Below are positions 24,573 through 38,308 of a stretch of DNA of 64,000 nt, piece by piece. How positions within the stretch are numbered: position 1 is the first letter of the stretch; each line of letters begins with the position of its first letter. The position numbers and the translations under genes were made by a program. Source of the stretch: Octopus sinensis. Taxonomy: Eukaryota. The stretch is taken from positions 21,700,001 through 21,764,000 of the forward strand of contig NC_043007.1 of assembly GCF_006345805.1 (NCBI RefSeq), in the 5' to 3' direction. The notes under the pieces were generated by a model. The model had not been told where the DNA came from, did no database searches, and saw only the letters and a list, made by a program, of their open reading frames with translations.

Positions 24573-25224
24573 CAGTTTTTTTTTTATTATATTAAAAGTA
24601 CATTTTAGTTCTCTTTTTGTTTATTCAGCCTCAAGTCGGCCCAGGTAACAAAAGATACGTAAGCAAAGACATTTAAACCAGGACATTTCTCTACACAGTG
24701 CCCTTCCCAATACCTCCATTTCTTATAATGGCATAGTGTGTGGGCCCGAAAGCATTGACTGCTATTTTTAGCAAATCAAACAACCACTGAGTATCTTATA
24801 ACAGATTTAGTTGTTGGAAGTTTAAAGGATACAGCTGATTGTTATTTCTGGTTGCAATTCCAACAGTTACGTATTATTATCAATAAAATAAATACTTTCT
24901 TCCCTTTTACTTATATTGTTGTCTAGTAACCTATTTCCTATTGTGAAGCGAGAAATATAGCAAAGCTACTAAGTTACCTGACTCCAACTATTATGCGTGT
25001 TTATACATAACAAATTTGTATAGATAACCTCGTAAACTGTGTTTTCTGAGATTTACTTACAAAACTAAAAAGGAGTCTTTTGTTAGGTAAACCTGCGAAT
25101 AAAAGCTTAGATTTTTTGTTTTGTTTTGTTTTTCCTTTTTATAGTGAAATGTATTGTATTAGGCAATAGGTTGAATGGAGATTATTATTATTATAATTGT
25201 TATTATTATTATTAAATAAAAAAA

Positions 25225-25560
25225 ATTATTACCTTCACCTTAGCAAAGGTAGAGCTATTGTTTTCAGTCATAGTTGTCTCGTTGTCTGTGGACAAGATAT
25301 CTCAAGAACCACTGGATGGATTCGGATGAAACTTCCAGGGATGTTTGGCCTCGTGACAGGCACGAACTGATTAGATTTAGGGATCGATCCAGTACCAAAT
25401 AAGGATTCTGGATTATTTTTCCTGTTTTTTTTTACTTAATTTTCAAGAGCTGTCAGGGTTCATTTCAGATATTCTCATTTTAAAAATCCTCTCTGGCTAA
25501 TCATTGAGAAGACATTGGTGTTGCCTTGGCAGAGGTTTGCACTCTCTGAGTGCTCTTGTT
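25225..25560 (+). mobile_element. HINE/DINE-1-like element, family H3
   Basis: Homologous to 17336-17717 along its length. Confidence 0.6.
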
Positions 25561-26093
25561 ATTAATATTATTCCTCGGTTTTTTTACACTGATTCAAATT
25601 CTGCTATGGTCAACGTAGCTTTCCATCCCTTTTGGGGTCAAGTGAAATAGGTACCAGTTATGCACTGGAGTCGATGTAATCAACTAACCCTGTCACTCAC
25701 CAAATTTCAGGCCTTGTGCCTATTGTAGAAAGGATATTATTATCATCATTATTATTATTATTATTATTATTGTCATCATAACAATACCTTACAGCATTTC
25801 TTGTGGCTTTTTACATCCTGTTTTCAAATTGCACTGGGGTCAACTTCGCCTTTTATTATTATTATTATTATTATTATTAAGGCAGCAATCTAGCAGAATT
25901 GTTTACACGCCTGATCCGTTTCTCTGTCCTTGTTTGTCCCCTCTGTGTTTAGCTCCTTGTGGGTAGTTAAGAAATAGGTATTTCATTTGCCGCTACATCT
26001 GAGTTCAAATTCCACCGAGGTTGACTATACCCCCCCCCCCACAAAATTCAGGCCTTGTACCTATTAGTAGAAAGGATTATTATATTATTATTA

Positions 26094-26139
<46 letters not shown>

Positions 26140-27605
26140 AGGCAGTGAGCTGGCAGAATCATTTACACTCCAGGCGAAATGCATAGCAGTATTTTGTCTG
26201 CCTTTACGTTCTGAGTTCAAATTCCACCGAAGTTGACTTTGTCTTTCATCCTGTCAGGGTCGATAAATTAAGTACCAGTCAAGCACTGCGGCGGGGTCGA
26301 TGTAATCAACTTATCCCTTCCTCCGAAATTGCTGGCCTTGTGCCAAAATTTGAAACCATTATTATTAGTATTATTATTATTATTCAGTAGTCTTATCTTT
26401 ATCATGTGCTTTCACTGTACTACTGAGCACAGCTCTGTGTGCCTTGGGTGTGTACTGTAGTTTGTTATGATAATCTCATTCTTACTCTATTGAAAGTCTT
26501 TTACATAGGATCATTTTATTATTATTATTATTATTATTATTTATTTAACTTGTATGAGTAGCAGATGACATTTTCAGTGAACAAATACAACTGAGTCATA
26601 GAATCATTTACCAATACCCTTGAGAAAGGCAAGAATATTGCAACTGGCCATTTTCACTGCGGTCTCATAATTAAATCCATATCATGTTCTAATTGAAAGA
26701 ATTAAATATCTCTGGTATAAACATCGAAAACTCCAATTAGTTGATGGTGGCTGAGTAAAAATTGGATACAACACTTTAGCATATGTATTTCATTGAAAAT
26801 ATTTGTCTAATTTCTCTTCTTTAGTCGATCAGTTTTATAATCTTTTCAATGAGTTTTCACTGAGTTATTTATCAAAAAGACATGAGGACTAAGCAATACT
26901 CTTTACTCTTTTACTTGTTTCAGTCATTTGACTGTGGCCATGCTGGAGCACCACCTTTTAGTCGAGCAAATCGACACCAGGAATTATTCTTTGTAAGCCT
27001 AGTACTTATTCTATCGGTCTCTTTCGCTGAACCGCTAAGTTACGGGGGACATAAACACGCCAGCATCAGTTGTCAGGCGATGTTGTGGGGACAAACACAG
27101 ACACACAAACACATACATATATATACATATATATGACGGGCTTCTTTCAGTTTCCGTCTACCAAATCCACTCGTAAGGCCGGCCAGCATGGATGGAACAC
27201 AGTTCCATAGCATTTACATCAAAGAGTGAGGAAACCTTAATGATCCAGAAATCATGTGTAATTTTCATTTTTTTTTTATATATTTATCCCAATTAGTATT
27301 TTGGATTAGTCCTTTCTGCTTCAGACACAAGGTCTGAAATTCTGGGGCAGGGCAAGAGGGTATTAGCCAGTTACATCGACCACCTGTGCTTGACCGATGA
27401 CTTAATCTATCGACCCTGAAAGAATTTGGTGTCTTATGTAAAGTCAGCAACTTGTACAAGTTTAGTTTTCTTCTAAACCAGATTCTGTTTTATACGTGAA
27501 CTGTTCCAATCTGAAAATAAGTACATTGAATTTTATGCCATATTAACGAAGAAACAAATCAATGTGTTCAGCTGATAATATTGGAATTCTTGAAAATTTA
27601 TTTTA

Positions 27606-27667
<62 letters not shown>

Positions 27668-28414
27668 GTATGTGTTATTTTTTCAATGTTAATTTGATCT
27701 TTCACTTCAATGGAGAAGATATCGATTTCAAATTCAACGGGAAATAAATGCAAATTCATTCACCATAAAAACTAAACATAAAACGTGAAGTACACGGTGT
27801 CAACAAGCTCATTAATAGGCACAATAATTCTAACCTAATTAAACTCTATGCAACGAACTTCATCAAAAAACGTTTTTGTTTTTGAGGAAACATTTTGTTT
27901 TGGTTTTTTTTTTTGTTTTTTTAATTTATTTTTTTTAATAGCGTAGCAAATTTAGAATATGCAAGTAACTCGAGTCTGTTTTCATAATTATTGTATTCGT
28001 TATATTTATGAAATTTGATCGGAACCTATTCCAAAATTATCAGTTTGTAAGATAAAAAGCCACTGCTATGTAACATCAACTATATTTTACTGGTTTAATT
28101 AGCATCAAATGTTACACAACAAACTGTTGCCCTGACAATCGGATTTATTAGAGAAATATTGACAATCCTAAATAGTTTCACTATTAACATTTTTTTAACA
28201 TTTTAGGCTCGTGTGTCATTTCCATATTGGTTCTATAAAACTTCGCCTTTTGTCACAAGAGGATCGGTTTTGCCGGTTTAAAATACATCCGCTGAATTTC
28301 TTAATAGAGATGATACAGAAAATATAGAATTTGAATTTTGTATTGTCAGTATTGAGTGTAAAAACTAATAGTTCTCTCCATTCTGTTCATTTCTCTTTTA
28401 TATATATATATTAT

Positions 28415-28478
28415 TATATAGAGGGCATTATTACACATAAATGCCACACGCATTATGTGTAATAATGCCCTCTATATA
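28415..28478. repeat. Short perfect palindrome (26-bp arms)
   Basis: tatatagagggcattattacacataa / ttatgtgtaataatgccctctatata; a related gagggcattata end recurs at about 28864. Confidence 0.85.
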
Positions 28479-28604
28479 ATATAAATAAATATTTTCAAGT
28501 GAAAAAATTTACAGATTTTTTCTCTTATGAGGTTTTTCACGCTAACTACCTGATAATTTCTTATTAAGATTTCTTATTAAGATTTTATCCTATTTTTTAA
28601 ATTT

Positions 28605-28638
<34 letters not shown>

Positions 28639-28738
28639 ATATATTGGTAAAAACGGTAAGATAACAAAGAAAGAAAGAGACCTCAATATTATGTAAATAG
28701 AGGAAATTTATCTGTAAATATAATATGTGACAATTACA

Positions 28739-28799
28739 GATAACTGAAGAGATGGTGTTGTGGATTTCCACTTCGGCATCCGAAACTCAGAGTTTTATC
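28739..28799 (+). ncRNA. Type I hammerhead ribozyme motif, family 1 (solo copy)
   Basis: gataa-CTGAAGA(28744-28750)-GATG..GTGGA ttt CCAC..CATCC-GAAA(28782-28785)-CTCAGAG-TT^-ttatc; predicted cleavage after 28794. Confidence 0.7.
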
Positions 28800-29294
28800 T
28801 TGGCTATTGAATAATTGTCACATATTATTTTCAAGATATATATATATATATATATTTATATATAGAGGGCATTATACATACATGCCAGGAGGCAATTAAG
28901 TAGTTGTCCTTAATTGCTATATATATATATATATATACATATATAAACAATGTTTCCTTCTCATATTGTCAGTTCAGCCCATATCTTCTTCTCTGTCCTC
29001 CCTCTGTACAGTAAAAGGACAGCTCATATCTAAAGTTTAGTCATTGAGAACTAATTTGTCAAAACACCTTATCAGCTATGAAGATGATGATAATGATAGT
29101 AATAAATAATAATAAAAGAAAAATCAAAATTTAAAAAAAAAAATAGGGGTAGAAATGTCTTCTGTGTTTAAAAACAATGGAATATATTTAAAAAAAAAAA
29201 AAACTGACGTTAATTTCGAAAATTAACAATAGAAATAGGAGCAGATATACAAATCGCCATGGTGACGAGTTATCATGCTTTGACCAGGTTTCCT

Positions 29295-29780
29295 TCAGTT
29301 TAAAGCACAAGAAAGTTGACTCTCTCCTTCTTCTTCATCGCTCTGTCATCTTTCCACTAAGAATCGGCACCACTCCCTGATATCGCTGCTGCTGCCGCAG
29401 CCACTGAGACTACTAGAGCTGTTGCCAGAACCACCACGGCTGCTGCTGCTGGTTGCTGTTCGGCTGAGAGCTTCTAAATAGCATTCCACTCCTTCCTCTC
29501 ACTCACTCTCTCTCTCTCTATCTATCTATCTATCTTTTCTTCTCTCTCTCTATCTATCTGTTTCTCTCGCTTCCTCCCTCCCTCTCTCTAGCATATGTAG
29601 ACAGCGAGGCAACTCGGCGGCCAGCGGTCCATTGGACATTATTCAGTGCAGTCGTTAGTAGGCTAGCGTATATATATACACATATATACACACTCACGCT
29701 CATATTATATACACACACACATACACACGGTTCCGACTTGCGTTCTTCATCTCATTTTTGAAAAACCATCGATAGCAATG
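29295..29780 (+). promoter_or_regulatory. Candidate internal promoter / 5' UTR of the short isoform
   Basis: SINE-free and locally GC-rich, with (GCT)n and (CT)n tracts. TCAGT initiator-like motifs at 29295 and 29643. The only other ATG in about 480 nt is an ATG-TAG start-stop at 29595-29600. The TSS cannot be fixed from sequence alone. Confidence 0.55.
29778..29780 (+). CDS. Start-codon-only coding end of a candidate alternative first exon (short LIM-only isoform)
   Basis: gatagcaATG|GTAAGT is a consensus donor in phase 0, matching the phase-0 acceptor at 36128 and giving [15 protein letters not shown]... Confidence 0.7.
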
Positions 29781-32700
29781 GTAAGTGCATCGTCCTTTCT
29801 CTTCTCAACTAATTGGAATCGCTTTAAATAAAACTCCCATCATTATCTTTTCCTTTCTCAGATTTTTTAAGCATTTAGAATAATCTTCTCTATTTCTTTT
29901 TAATAAATTACCATAGAATGACAATAGTAACAGAATCTCTCTTCTTTTTTCCTTCTTCCTTGCTACTTTTCATACATCCTGATGCAAGGATATTCGACTA
30001 TGCCCCTCACTTACTTTTTCGCTTCTCTTTATGAAATTCCTCTTGTGATTCCTCTCTGGCTACAGCAATCATTGATTCCATTTTAAACCGTTATCTTGTT
30101 TCCAAAATAAGGCCACCTCTCTTGCTATCTACACCAAGATATTTCTCAATCTCTCCTACTTTCTTGTTATTATTAAACTGGGTTTGTGGCAGGATGAAAG
30201 AAAAGCGTCAGCTTCGTTACAAAGAAAAACGGCTTTGTACTCTATGGTAAAATAAAATCATTATTTATAAATTCCTCCAACTTGAATTAGTATATTCTTC
30301 TGTTGTTGTTCTTCTTCTTGGGGCTCCTTGTTTTCCCTTAATTTCTATTTTTACTCTCTCTCTCTTCTAAGGCTGATCTTATTTTTTCCCTATATTTAAC
30401 CTGATCTCATCCTGTCTCTCTCTACAAACTTCTTTGTTCTATATATTAACGACATTTTCTCTACTCTCACTTTCATATCTGTCACTCTTGTTTATACACG
30501 GTATCGATTTTGTTTTATTTTGGATCGTTCGTTAGATTTTCTTCCTGAAAGCCAGCTTATTATTTATTTGCCTTGCCATGTGTCCGTTGTCACTTGACTT
30601 TCAGTTTTTTTTCTTCCCCCACCTCTAATTACTTATTCGAGTGCTGCTGTTTAAGAAAGAGAAAAAAAAATGTTCTCTCTCCTCATATATAAAATTATCT
30701 TTTACAGTAAATATATATATTTAGCAATTGACAAAATCTCTAGACACTTCAAGTCCATGTCCGTCTTCAGCCACCTTATTTAACAAGAAAGAAAAAAAAA
30801 ACTTTGAAATAAGACTAATTATAAGAATCTAGGCCACGCGATTCTAAGGGTTTTTAACTTCTTGTCAAGTTGATGTGTTGTAATAGCAGTTAATTGTGAC
30901 TTATGCATAAAGAAAACCACGCAACTGACAACTGCCATCATACTCTGACATTATATACACACATACATACATGCAAGCATACATAGTATGTACTTGCATA
31001 TGTATACATGTATAGTATAGCCTTCCTCTCTGACAGGAGGGCGTTTTGATAAATTATTTACTGAATTAAGATGCACAGCTCTCACTGCTCTTATTAAATT
31101 AATAACCACCAGAGGGGAAAAATTATCACAACTTTATTATTATCATTATTGTTGTTGTTGTTGTTGTTGTTGTTATTATTATTATTATTATTTGCAACTT
31201 TTCTATATCAGTTACATTTAGTAATGTTACTCGATGTGGTTGGTGTTGTTCGTGTACTATGATGTAACAACGACTAGAAAACCCCCCCATTTTATCACCG
31301 CCTGCTGCCGGTCTAGAAGTGAGGAGATAGATAGTAGGGCAAAACTGAAGCATTATTATTACTCAAGTGAATTTAGTATATCAGTGGGTAACTGGATACT
31401 TAGTCACTGTAGGCAACCTGACACATGAGAAGTTTTTTGAACGCTTAAAAAGAAGAAAAAAACTAATAATAATAATGATAATAATAAGAGCTGAGCTTAA
31501 AACAAGAAACTTAATGAGATCGAATCACGTTATATCCGGATTTTTAATGAGATGTTTCCTTTAGATTAATTAATTAATCAAACAGAAGTGCAGCTAGAAC
31601 GAAAACTAGTCATTTCCTCCTCCCCCCCCCCCAGTCCATCTCTCAACGAGAATCCCCCCCTTCTTACATAAAATTCACCACCACAAAGAAAGAGTATATA
31701 ATAACGAGTGCCTTTCTCGGCCCTTGTTTTTTTGTTTTTTTGTTTTTCTCTTAAGCTGGTCTACTGCAGATAGCTGAATAAAGAGGAGCAGCCCCCACTC
31801 CTAGTATCACTGTAGTTGTTGTATAACAGTGTTCCGCCACCCCCACCGCTGTTCATAGCAGTTGTCACAGCAACATAACTCTGCTGCTACAGCAGAAGTG
31901 GTATTCAGTCTAAGACTCTCTCTCTCTCTTTACAGCAGCATATCTAAACTAACCTCATTCTCCCTCTTTGTTGATTTATTTTCTCTTTGAAAGCTCTACT
32001 TTACTTTTTTCAGTCTTTCATTCTACTCCTATTCACTTCTTGGGTCTGTTTTTCCAGATTTGAGAGAATTTCGATAGAATTTTCAAATCTGAAATTTTAG
32101 TGGAAACATATTCAATCAAAAAAACAGGGTGTTAGATATTAGCTACACCAGCCACTAAAACGGATTCATGGGTGTATATATATATATATATATAAAAATA
32201 CCTGTGTGTAGATATAAAAAGAGTGACACACATACAGAACAAGAGATCCAGTATGGCCATAGCTAAGAAAATAGACTCTAGATATTACTTGCTATTTTGT
32301 TGCTCCTTGGTTATGGGTGGAATGTCAATGCTATGATTAGTGCTACTAGCTCAGCATTCATTTCCAAATTTGAAAACCCCCTGAAACACTTTTGATAAAG
32401 CTCAGTTCTTTCTCTTTTGCTGTTGTTATTCTTGCGTTGTCTATTAACAGTTGGTATAGACTTGTGAATTTTGTAGCTTATTTCCAGAATCTGCAGATTT
32501 TTAACATTTACTGAAATAATGATGATAAATTTTTGATGAATGCTTGAAGTTTCATACAAATGTCAGAGATCCTACAGGCAGCTCAAGTTATGATAGTCAC
32601 AAATAATTATCATTACCTGACTATGAAGTACTAATTTATATTAGTTGAAGTTAAAACTTAGTTCATATGTCTAATTATGGATTTATAAAATGATTAATTA

Positions 32701-33429
32701 TTCTTTTGTTAAAATATACTTCTTTGAAAAAAGCTCTTCACAAAATTACTTTGGCATTCAATAGCCACCTTATTTCATTTTATTCCTGTGTGTTGAACGG
32801 TTCTGCAAATTTACATTATTACCCGGATTTGTTATCCCTCCTGGTTTTCGTAAGCTTGTCTTTGATCCAGCCATTCTGTCATTGATGAAGAAAATAGAGT
32901 TATTTCTGAGTTAAGTTTAAATCTGTTGAGACAGCTCTGTGAAAGAGAATATTTGCAGTTGTTATTATTATTATTATTATCTAGTATTGACATTATTATA
33001 AATGTCTCACACAAAATACATTTGTAATTTGTCTATGTTATTGTTTCTGGTTTTAAAAGAACATTTATGCTTGTAGATAATTGTCGGCAATTAACAATAC
33101 TCATTTTGAGAAACAATATATAAATACTCTCACACATACATACGTGTGTGAGATTATGTGTATATGCGTATATGTGTGTGTCTACGTACCCATGTGTGAG
33201 TGTGTATGCATGTTTGTATACATACGTGTATATATGTTTTCATATATTTGTACAGGTGTATGTACGTTTATGCTTAGATGTGTGTGTAGATTTATGTACA
33301 TATACAATTGATTGTATAATGTGTGTGTATGCATATAACAACCTGCTGCTAATTGAGGCAAAATTTGAGCTGATCCATTTTGAGAGAGATAATACACTTA
33401 AGCATCTTATTCTCTCCTCATAGCATTAA

Positions 33430-34040
33430 AATAATATCGATGACTTAGAGGTAAATGTTGACCACAACCTAAACTAGAGTGCACATGTAGACCTGCTGGG
33501 TCCATAACTTCCCAGTCCAGAGAGTATTAACACCGTCATTCTTCTCTTCTCTACACTTGCCAGGTCTTACCTTGGTTGAATATTGCTGTCCACTGTGGTC
33601 TCCCTACACAAAACAAAACATTATGAGAATTGAAGCACTCCAGAGATTAACCATACAAAAGCTAAAATGGTGTGACAGGCCTTAATTATTGGGATTAACC
33701 ACAAAAAGCCCCAAACTCCCTTCTCTCCAGTGTCTCTGCAAGCTCTACATGATTTGTATAATGTGGATTAGCATTCTATCAACACTATCCAAAGGATGTC
33801 GGTACCAAGGTTACCTATAGTTAGGCTAGCTCACATGATATTGTGCCACGGCTTTTTACCTCAACAGGTCCTTCTTTATGCCACGTTATCCCGAAAGATA
33901 TCAAAGAAGAGAAACACCTCATCACATTTTCAAACGGTGCCTGGACAAATTCCTCCAAGAGACACCTGAGAAATCACTGGTGCCCTGATTTTGACAAACA
34001 CCCTAGGCATGGCCTGAGTCAGTAACAGCCAAAAACATAA
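33430..34040 (+). mobile_element. Degenerate CR1-clade LINE 3' fragment
   Basis: Broken frames EYCCPLWSPYTKQNIMRIEALQR, VIPKDIKEEKHL and FKRCLDKFLQETP match the post-RT region of CR1 ORF2. Confidence 0.7.
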
Positions 34041-36079
34041 GTTATATGTATACGTATAGGTGTGTGTGTGTATATGTATGCATGTATGTCTAGATAGATA
34101 TATGAATATATATATGTGTGTGTATGTGTGTTTAAGTATGTTTGTTTATAATTACTGTGGATATATTTTTTGATGTTTACACATCAGTTCTCTATATATG
34201 TGTATGTGTGAATATATGTATACACTTGTGTGTATGTATATATATATATATATATACAGCGGTGGTGCCCCAGCATGGCCGCGCCCTTTGGGCTAAAACA
34301 TTTTATAGGATTTTAAGGATTTATACATACATACACACACACACACATATATACATAGGTGTATGTGTGTGTATTTTATATATTAGATATATAGATACTG
34401 CCTTCGAAATTCCTATTTACTCTCCTGGATCTGTAGGATTTCTGGCATTGACGATACATTTATCAGTTTGAATCAAAAATTTATATCCCTTTTTTAATTT
34501 CAGGATTGGCTCTTAGCTTGGCTCTACTACCATTCTGTGCACACTCTCTGCACTTGCCTTTTTTGTTTTTCTTTCAATTTTAGATGTGTCTGTATACATT
34601 GCTTTTAGCCAATTTGTCTTTCTTCATTCTCTCTCTTTTGTGGCATTTCTGCTGTTAAATTTCACTTGTTTAAATATTCCTTTAAACTGTCTTTCTTTTA
34701 TAAATTAATTTCAAAACAATCTAAAATAAAGTACCTCATCAGTAATGGTTTTTTTAATTTGGAGTAATGTGGTTGGTATTTTCGTATCCTGTGAAATGTG
34801 GAGATATTCAATATTTTCATATAATTTACTCTTTAAGACACAAAAATAGCCTTGTTTATTTGTTCACGGCTTCTCTAAAATAATGCTTTATCTTTATCTA
34901 ACAAAATCGATGTCATATGTATGCTTCGTGTCATACATATGCTGCTCTCCTCTAAGTTCTTACTTGATTATTTCATTTAGCTATTGAAATTCAATACATT
35001 AAAAAACAGTATCGCTAACGATAAGGAGGGGGAGCAGTTGTCAGTGTTTTAATTTTCGAAGAAAAGAAAAAAAAAAGCCTCTTCTGCTGTGTATCCTTTA
35101 ATCAATATACAGCCTCAAATGCAAGGAACATCTGCTTCTTAATCAGATTTTCCCAACTTAAATTATTTATACTTAATAAAATTATATAACAATCAGTGTT
35201 AAAGAGAGAGGTTTTAGTTCAGATTTCTCTGTTGTGTTTCCATTGTATTGTTGTAATTCCTCATTGTCTCCATTTCCTGTTCTGTTCTCATTTAACCAAG
35301 CTTTTCATCCAATGCCTTCTTTTCATTTACTTTTTTTCTTCTTATTTATATCATAAGGTATTTTAAATGAGTATTTAATAAAAACCATCATGTCTTTTAA
35401 ATTTAGATAAATAGAATTATTTATTTAAAATTAAAGCTTTTTATCATCAGTAAATGCATGTTCAATTTTTTTTTTTTTTTCTCTTATGGTTAATTTGTTT
35501 ATAAATCAGTTTTGCTTTATTAATGTTTTACTTTTGTTTTTTTATGTTTTTTTTTTTCAATTGCTTCCTTTCAAGCCATAATGCAGAATTGTTGAATAAA
35601 ATTCAAATCTGAAAAAAAAGGATGAATGAGCAATTTTGAATGATTTAGATTTAAATTATTTTTCTATATATTAACTTTTATTATTTCAAAGATAGTTGTG
35701 TAAATAAATAAATAAATGAATAACTGAATAGATAAAAATACGTAAATTCTTGAAATACATTCTTTACAAATAAATGCAGATTTAGATAATCTCTTCAGAT
35801 AGTGTGTGTGTGTGTGTGTGTTTGGTTTACTCTACATGGTTCTGCAGATGGCTTAGCATGTAGTGATTCATAGATGCCACAATATATGGATGCATTTCTT
35901 ATTTTTTGAAAATATCACTGCTTTTCATTGTTTATTGCAATAACGTTGTTAAGCGACGAAGGGAAGGGATTAACTGCACAAATCTTGACAATGATAATGA
36001 CAATAACTGCTGTTAGCAAAAACAAAACAGCTACGATAAGCGCCTAAAAGTGCTCCTCTTTTGACTCTGTGGTCTGTAA

Positions 36080-36274
<195 letters not shown>

Positions 36275-37079
36275 TAAGGCATCACACTGTTGTTACTCGT
36301 TATGAAAAAACCTATTCATCCACTGGCTACAGGTCAAGTTGCAACTTTTAGTCAGTCTCCCCTCCACCATCTTCAAAATTAACACACCTCATCTCCAATC
36401 AGCTGACAATTCATTCCTCTCTCACTCTCACTTCCTCCCTGTCTGCCTCTCACTCTGTCTCTCTCTTTCCCTCTTTTCCTCTCTACTTATTATTAACAAC
36501 GTTTCCACTCTTGAATAGCATTTTCCAAAAATGGCCCAAGAGTTCGACTCTGTTCATTAATTGTTCTTTTAGTACCATCCACCATTCAGTACTAATCACA
36601 ATTCTCACTTTATTTCTATTTCCTTGTCCTGCTTGGAAATTCCTTTGAGCTGATCAAGATAGCACAGTAACCATTTCAAATTTTGGCATTTTAGTCTCAC
36701 GTTAAAGATATTTATGAAGTCTAAATAACTTAAAAGAATTACTATTTCACTTGTTAGACTAAAGCAGCTCAAAACCATGAAAGTAAGGTCAATGTATTTT
36801 CTTACAGAAATATTGTTATCTAACCTTGTTAATATGAAGGTTACAGATAAAAGATGTGTCGTCAATATCACATCTTGAAGAAATTCATACGTGCATTTTT
36901 CAGTTTGCTAATGTTGTCGTTGTAAAGTTTAAGGCAGGTTTAACAATATAGAAAACTTTGTTGAATAATTTACTTGAGTTCATTTAAATAAAAATGTGAT
37001 TTTTACTGCTTTCGTTAACCCTGTCGTACCTGGGCCCCTGTGTCTATCTTTACCCTCCACCTGAGCTCTGGCATTCATG

Positions 37080-37530
37080 GCATCCGTTGCTAGTGGAGCA
37101 CTAAGAGTACCATACGAGTGAGATTGTTGCCAGAGCAACAAGCTGGCCTTTGTGCCGATGGCTTGTTAAGCACACCATTCGAGCGTTGCCTTACTAGCAC
37201 TTGTGCTGGTGGCACGTGAAACGTTCGGGCAAGGTCGTCGCCAGTGCCGCTGGACTGGCTCCTGTGCAGGTGGCACATAAAAAGCACCATTTGGGTGTGG
37301 CCCGTTGCCAGTGCCACCAAACTGGCCCTCGTGCCAGTGGCATGTAAAAGCACCCACTACACTCTCAGAGTGGTTGCCGTTTGGAAGGGCATCCAGCTGT
37401 AGAAACTCTGCCAGATCAGATTGGAGCCTGGTGCAGCCATCTGGTTTGCCAGTCCTCGGTCAAATTGTCCAACCCATGCCAGCATGGAAAGTGGACGTTA
37501 AATGATGCTGATGATGATGATGATGATGAA
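37080..37530 (+). mobile_element. RTE 3'-UTR-derived repeat ending in (GAT)n
   Basis: gagtggttg(g)cgtt.ggaagggcatccagctgtagaaactctgccagatcagattggagcc...ggacgttaaatgatgctgatgat. Shorter copies at about 500-670, 3221-3270, 8588-8737, 18965-19060 and 52200-52260. Confidence 0.75.
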
Positions 37531-38266
37531 AGCTCAAGAGTATTTACTGCAGGTAAACTAATGGACAGAACCAGCTGCATCTTCCTTTCCTATGTGTGTT
37601 GGTCATTACCGCTTTACTGAAAACCCAGCAGAGATGATGTTTAACCTATTCCTGCTATAGTAGGAATACAGCATGGCAGGGTTAATACTAGCATAATTGA
37701 GTGAATGACTTATAAATACATTTATAAATACATTGGTTTATTCAAAGTTGAGAGAGCAGCTATTGTTAGTCTAAATAGAAAAGTGTTTTTGTCGGTAATT
37801 AATATGCTAGTGGTATTTGTAAAATACTAACGATGTAAGTATGTTTCTTTAATAGTATTCGTTACATGCATGGGGGAGACTATTGCACTAAGTTTACCTT
37901 TGTTTAGTTCGTTTGCATTTCGCAGTGGGTTCTCCCCACCAACTGAATTTCTCCAGCCGAAAGCCACACAATGATTTGTTGAAATTAATCTCTTGTCCTT
38001 TTAATACACAATTGAATTTGGAGCTAAGCATTGGCTTTAGGAAACTCTGTGATTGAAGTAGAATTCGTTTTTGTGCATGTATATGTGTACTGTGCAAGTG
38101 TATATGTGTATCGTGTGTGTGTGTGTATAAAAATAATGGGGTTTGATTTTTTTTTTTTTTAGTTTTTTTAGTTTTAGTAAGTTAGTACAAGATCGTCCTG
38201 TCATACACACAATCATACATACACCCACATAATAACTTTAGAAATAGTTTTATTCTGGTTTCATTT

Positions 38267-38308
<42 letters not shown>

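Noticed and set aside
28000-29780. SRF CArG or MEF2 sites expected by analogy with the vertebrate EPLIN-alpha promoter
   Set aside because: Only imperfect matches (CCATATTGG, CTAAATAG) were seen; none fits CC(A/T)6GG or YTA(A/T)4TAR.
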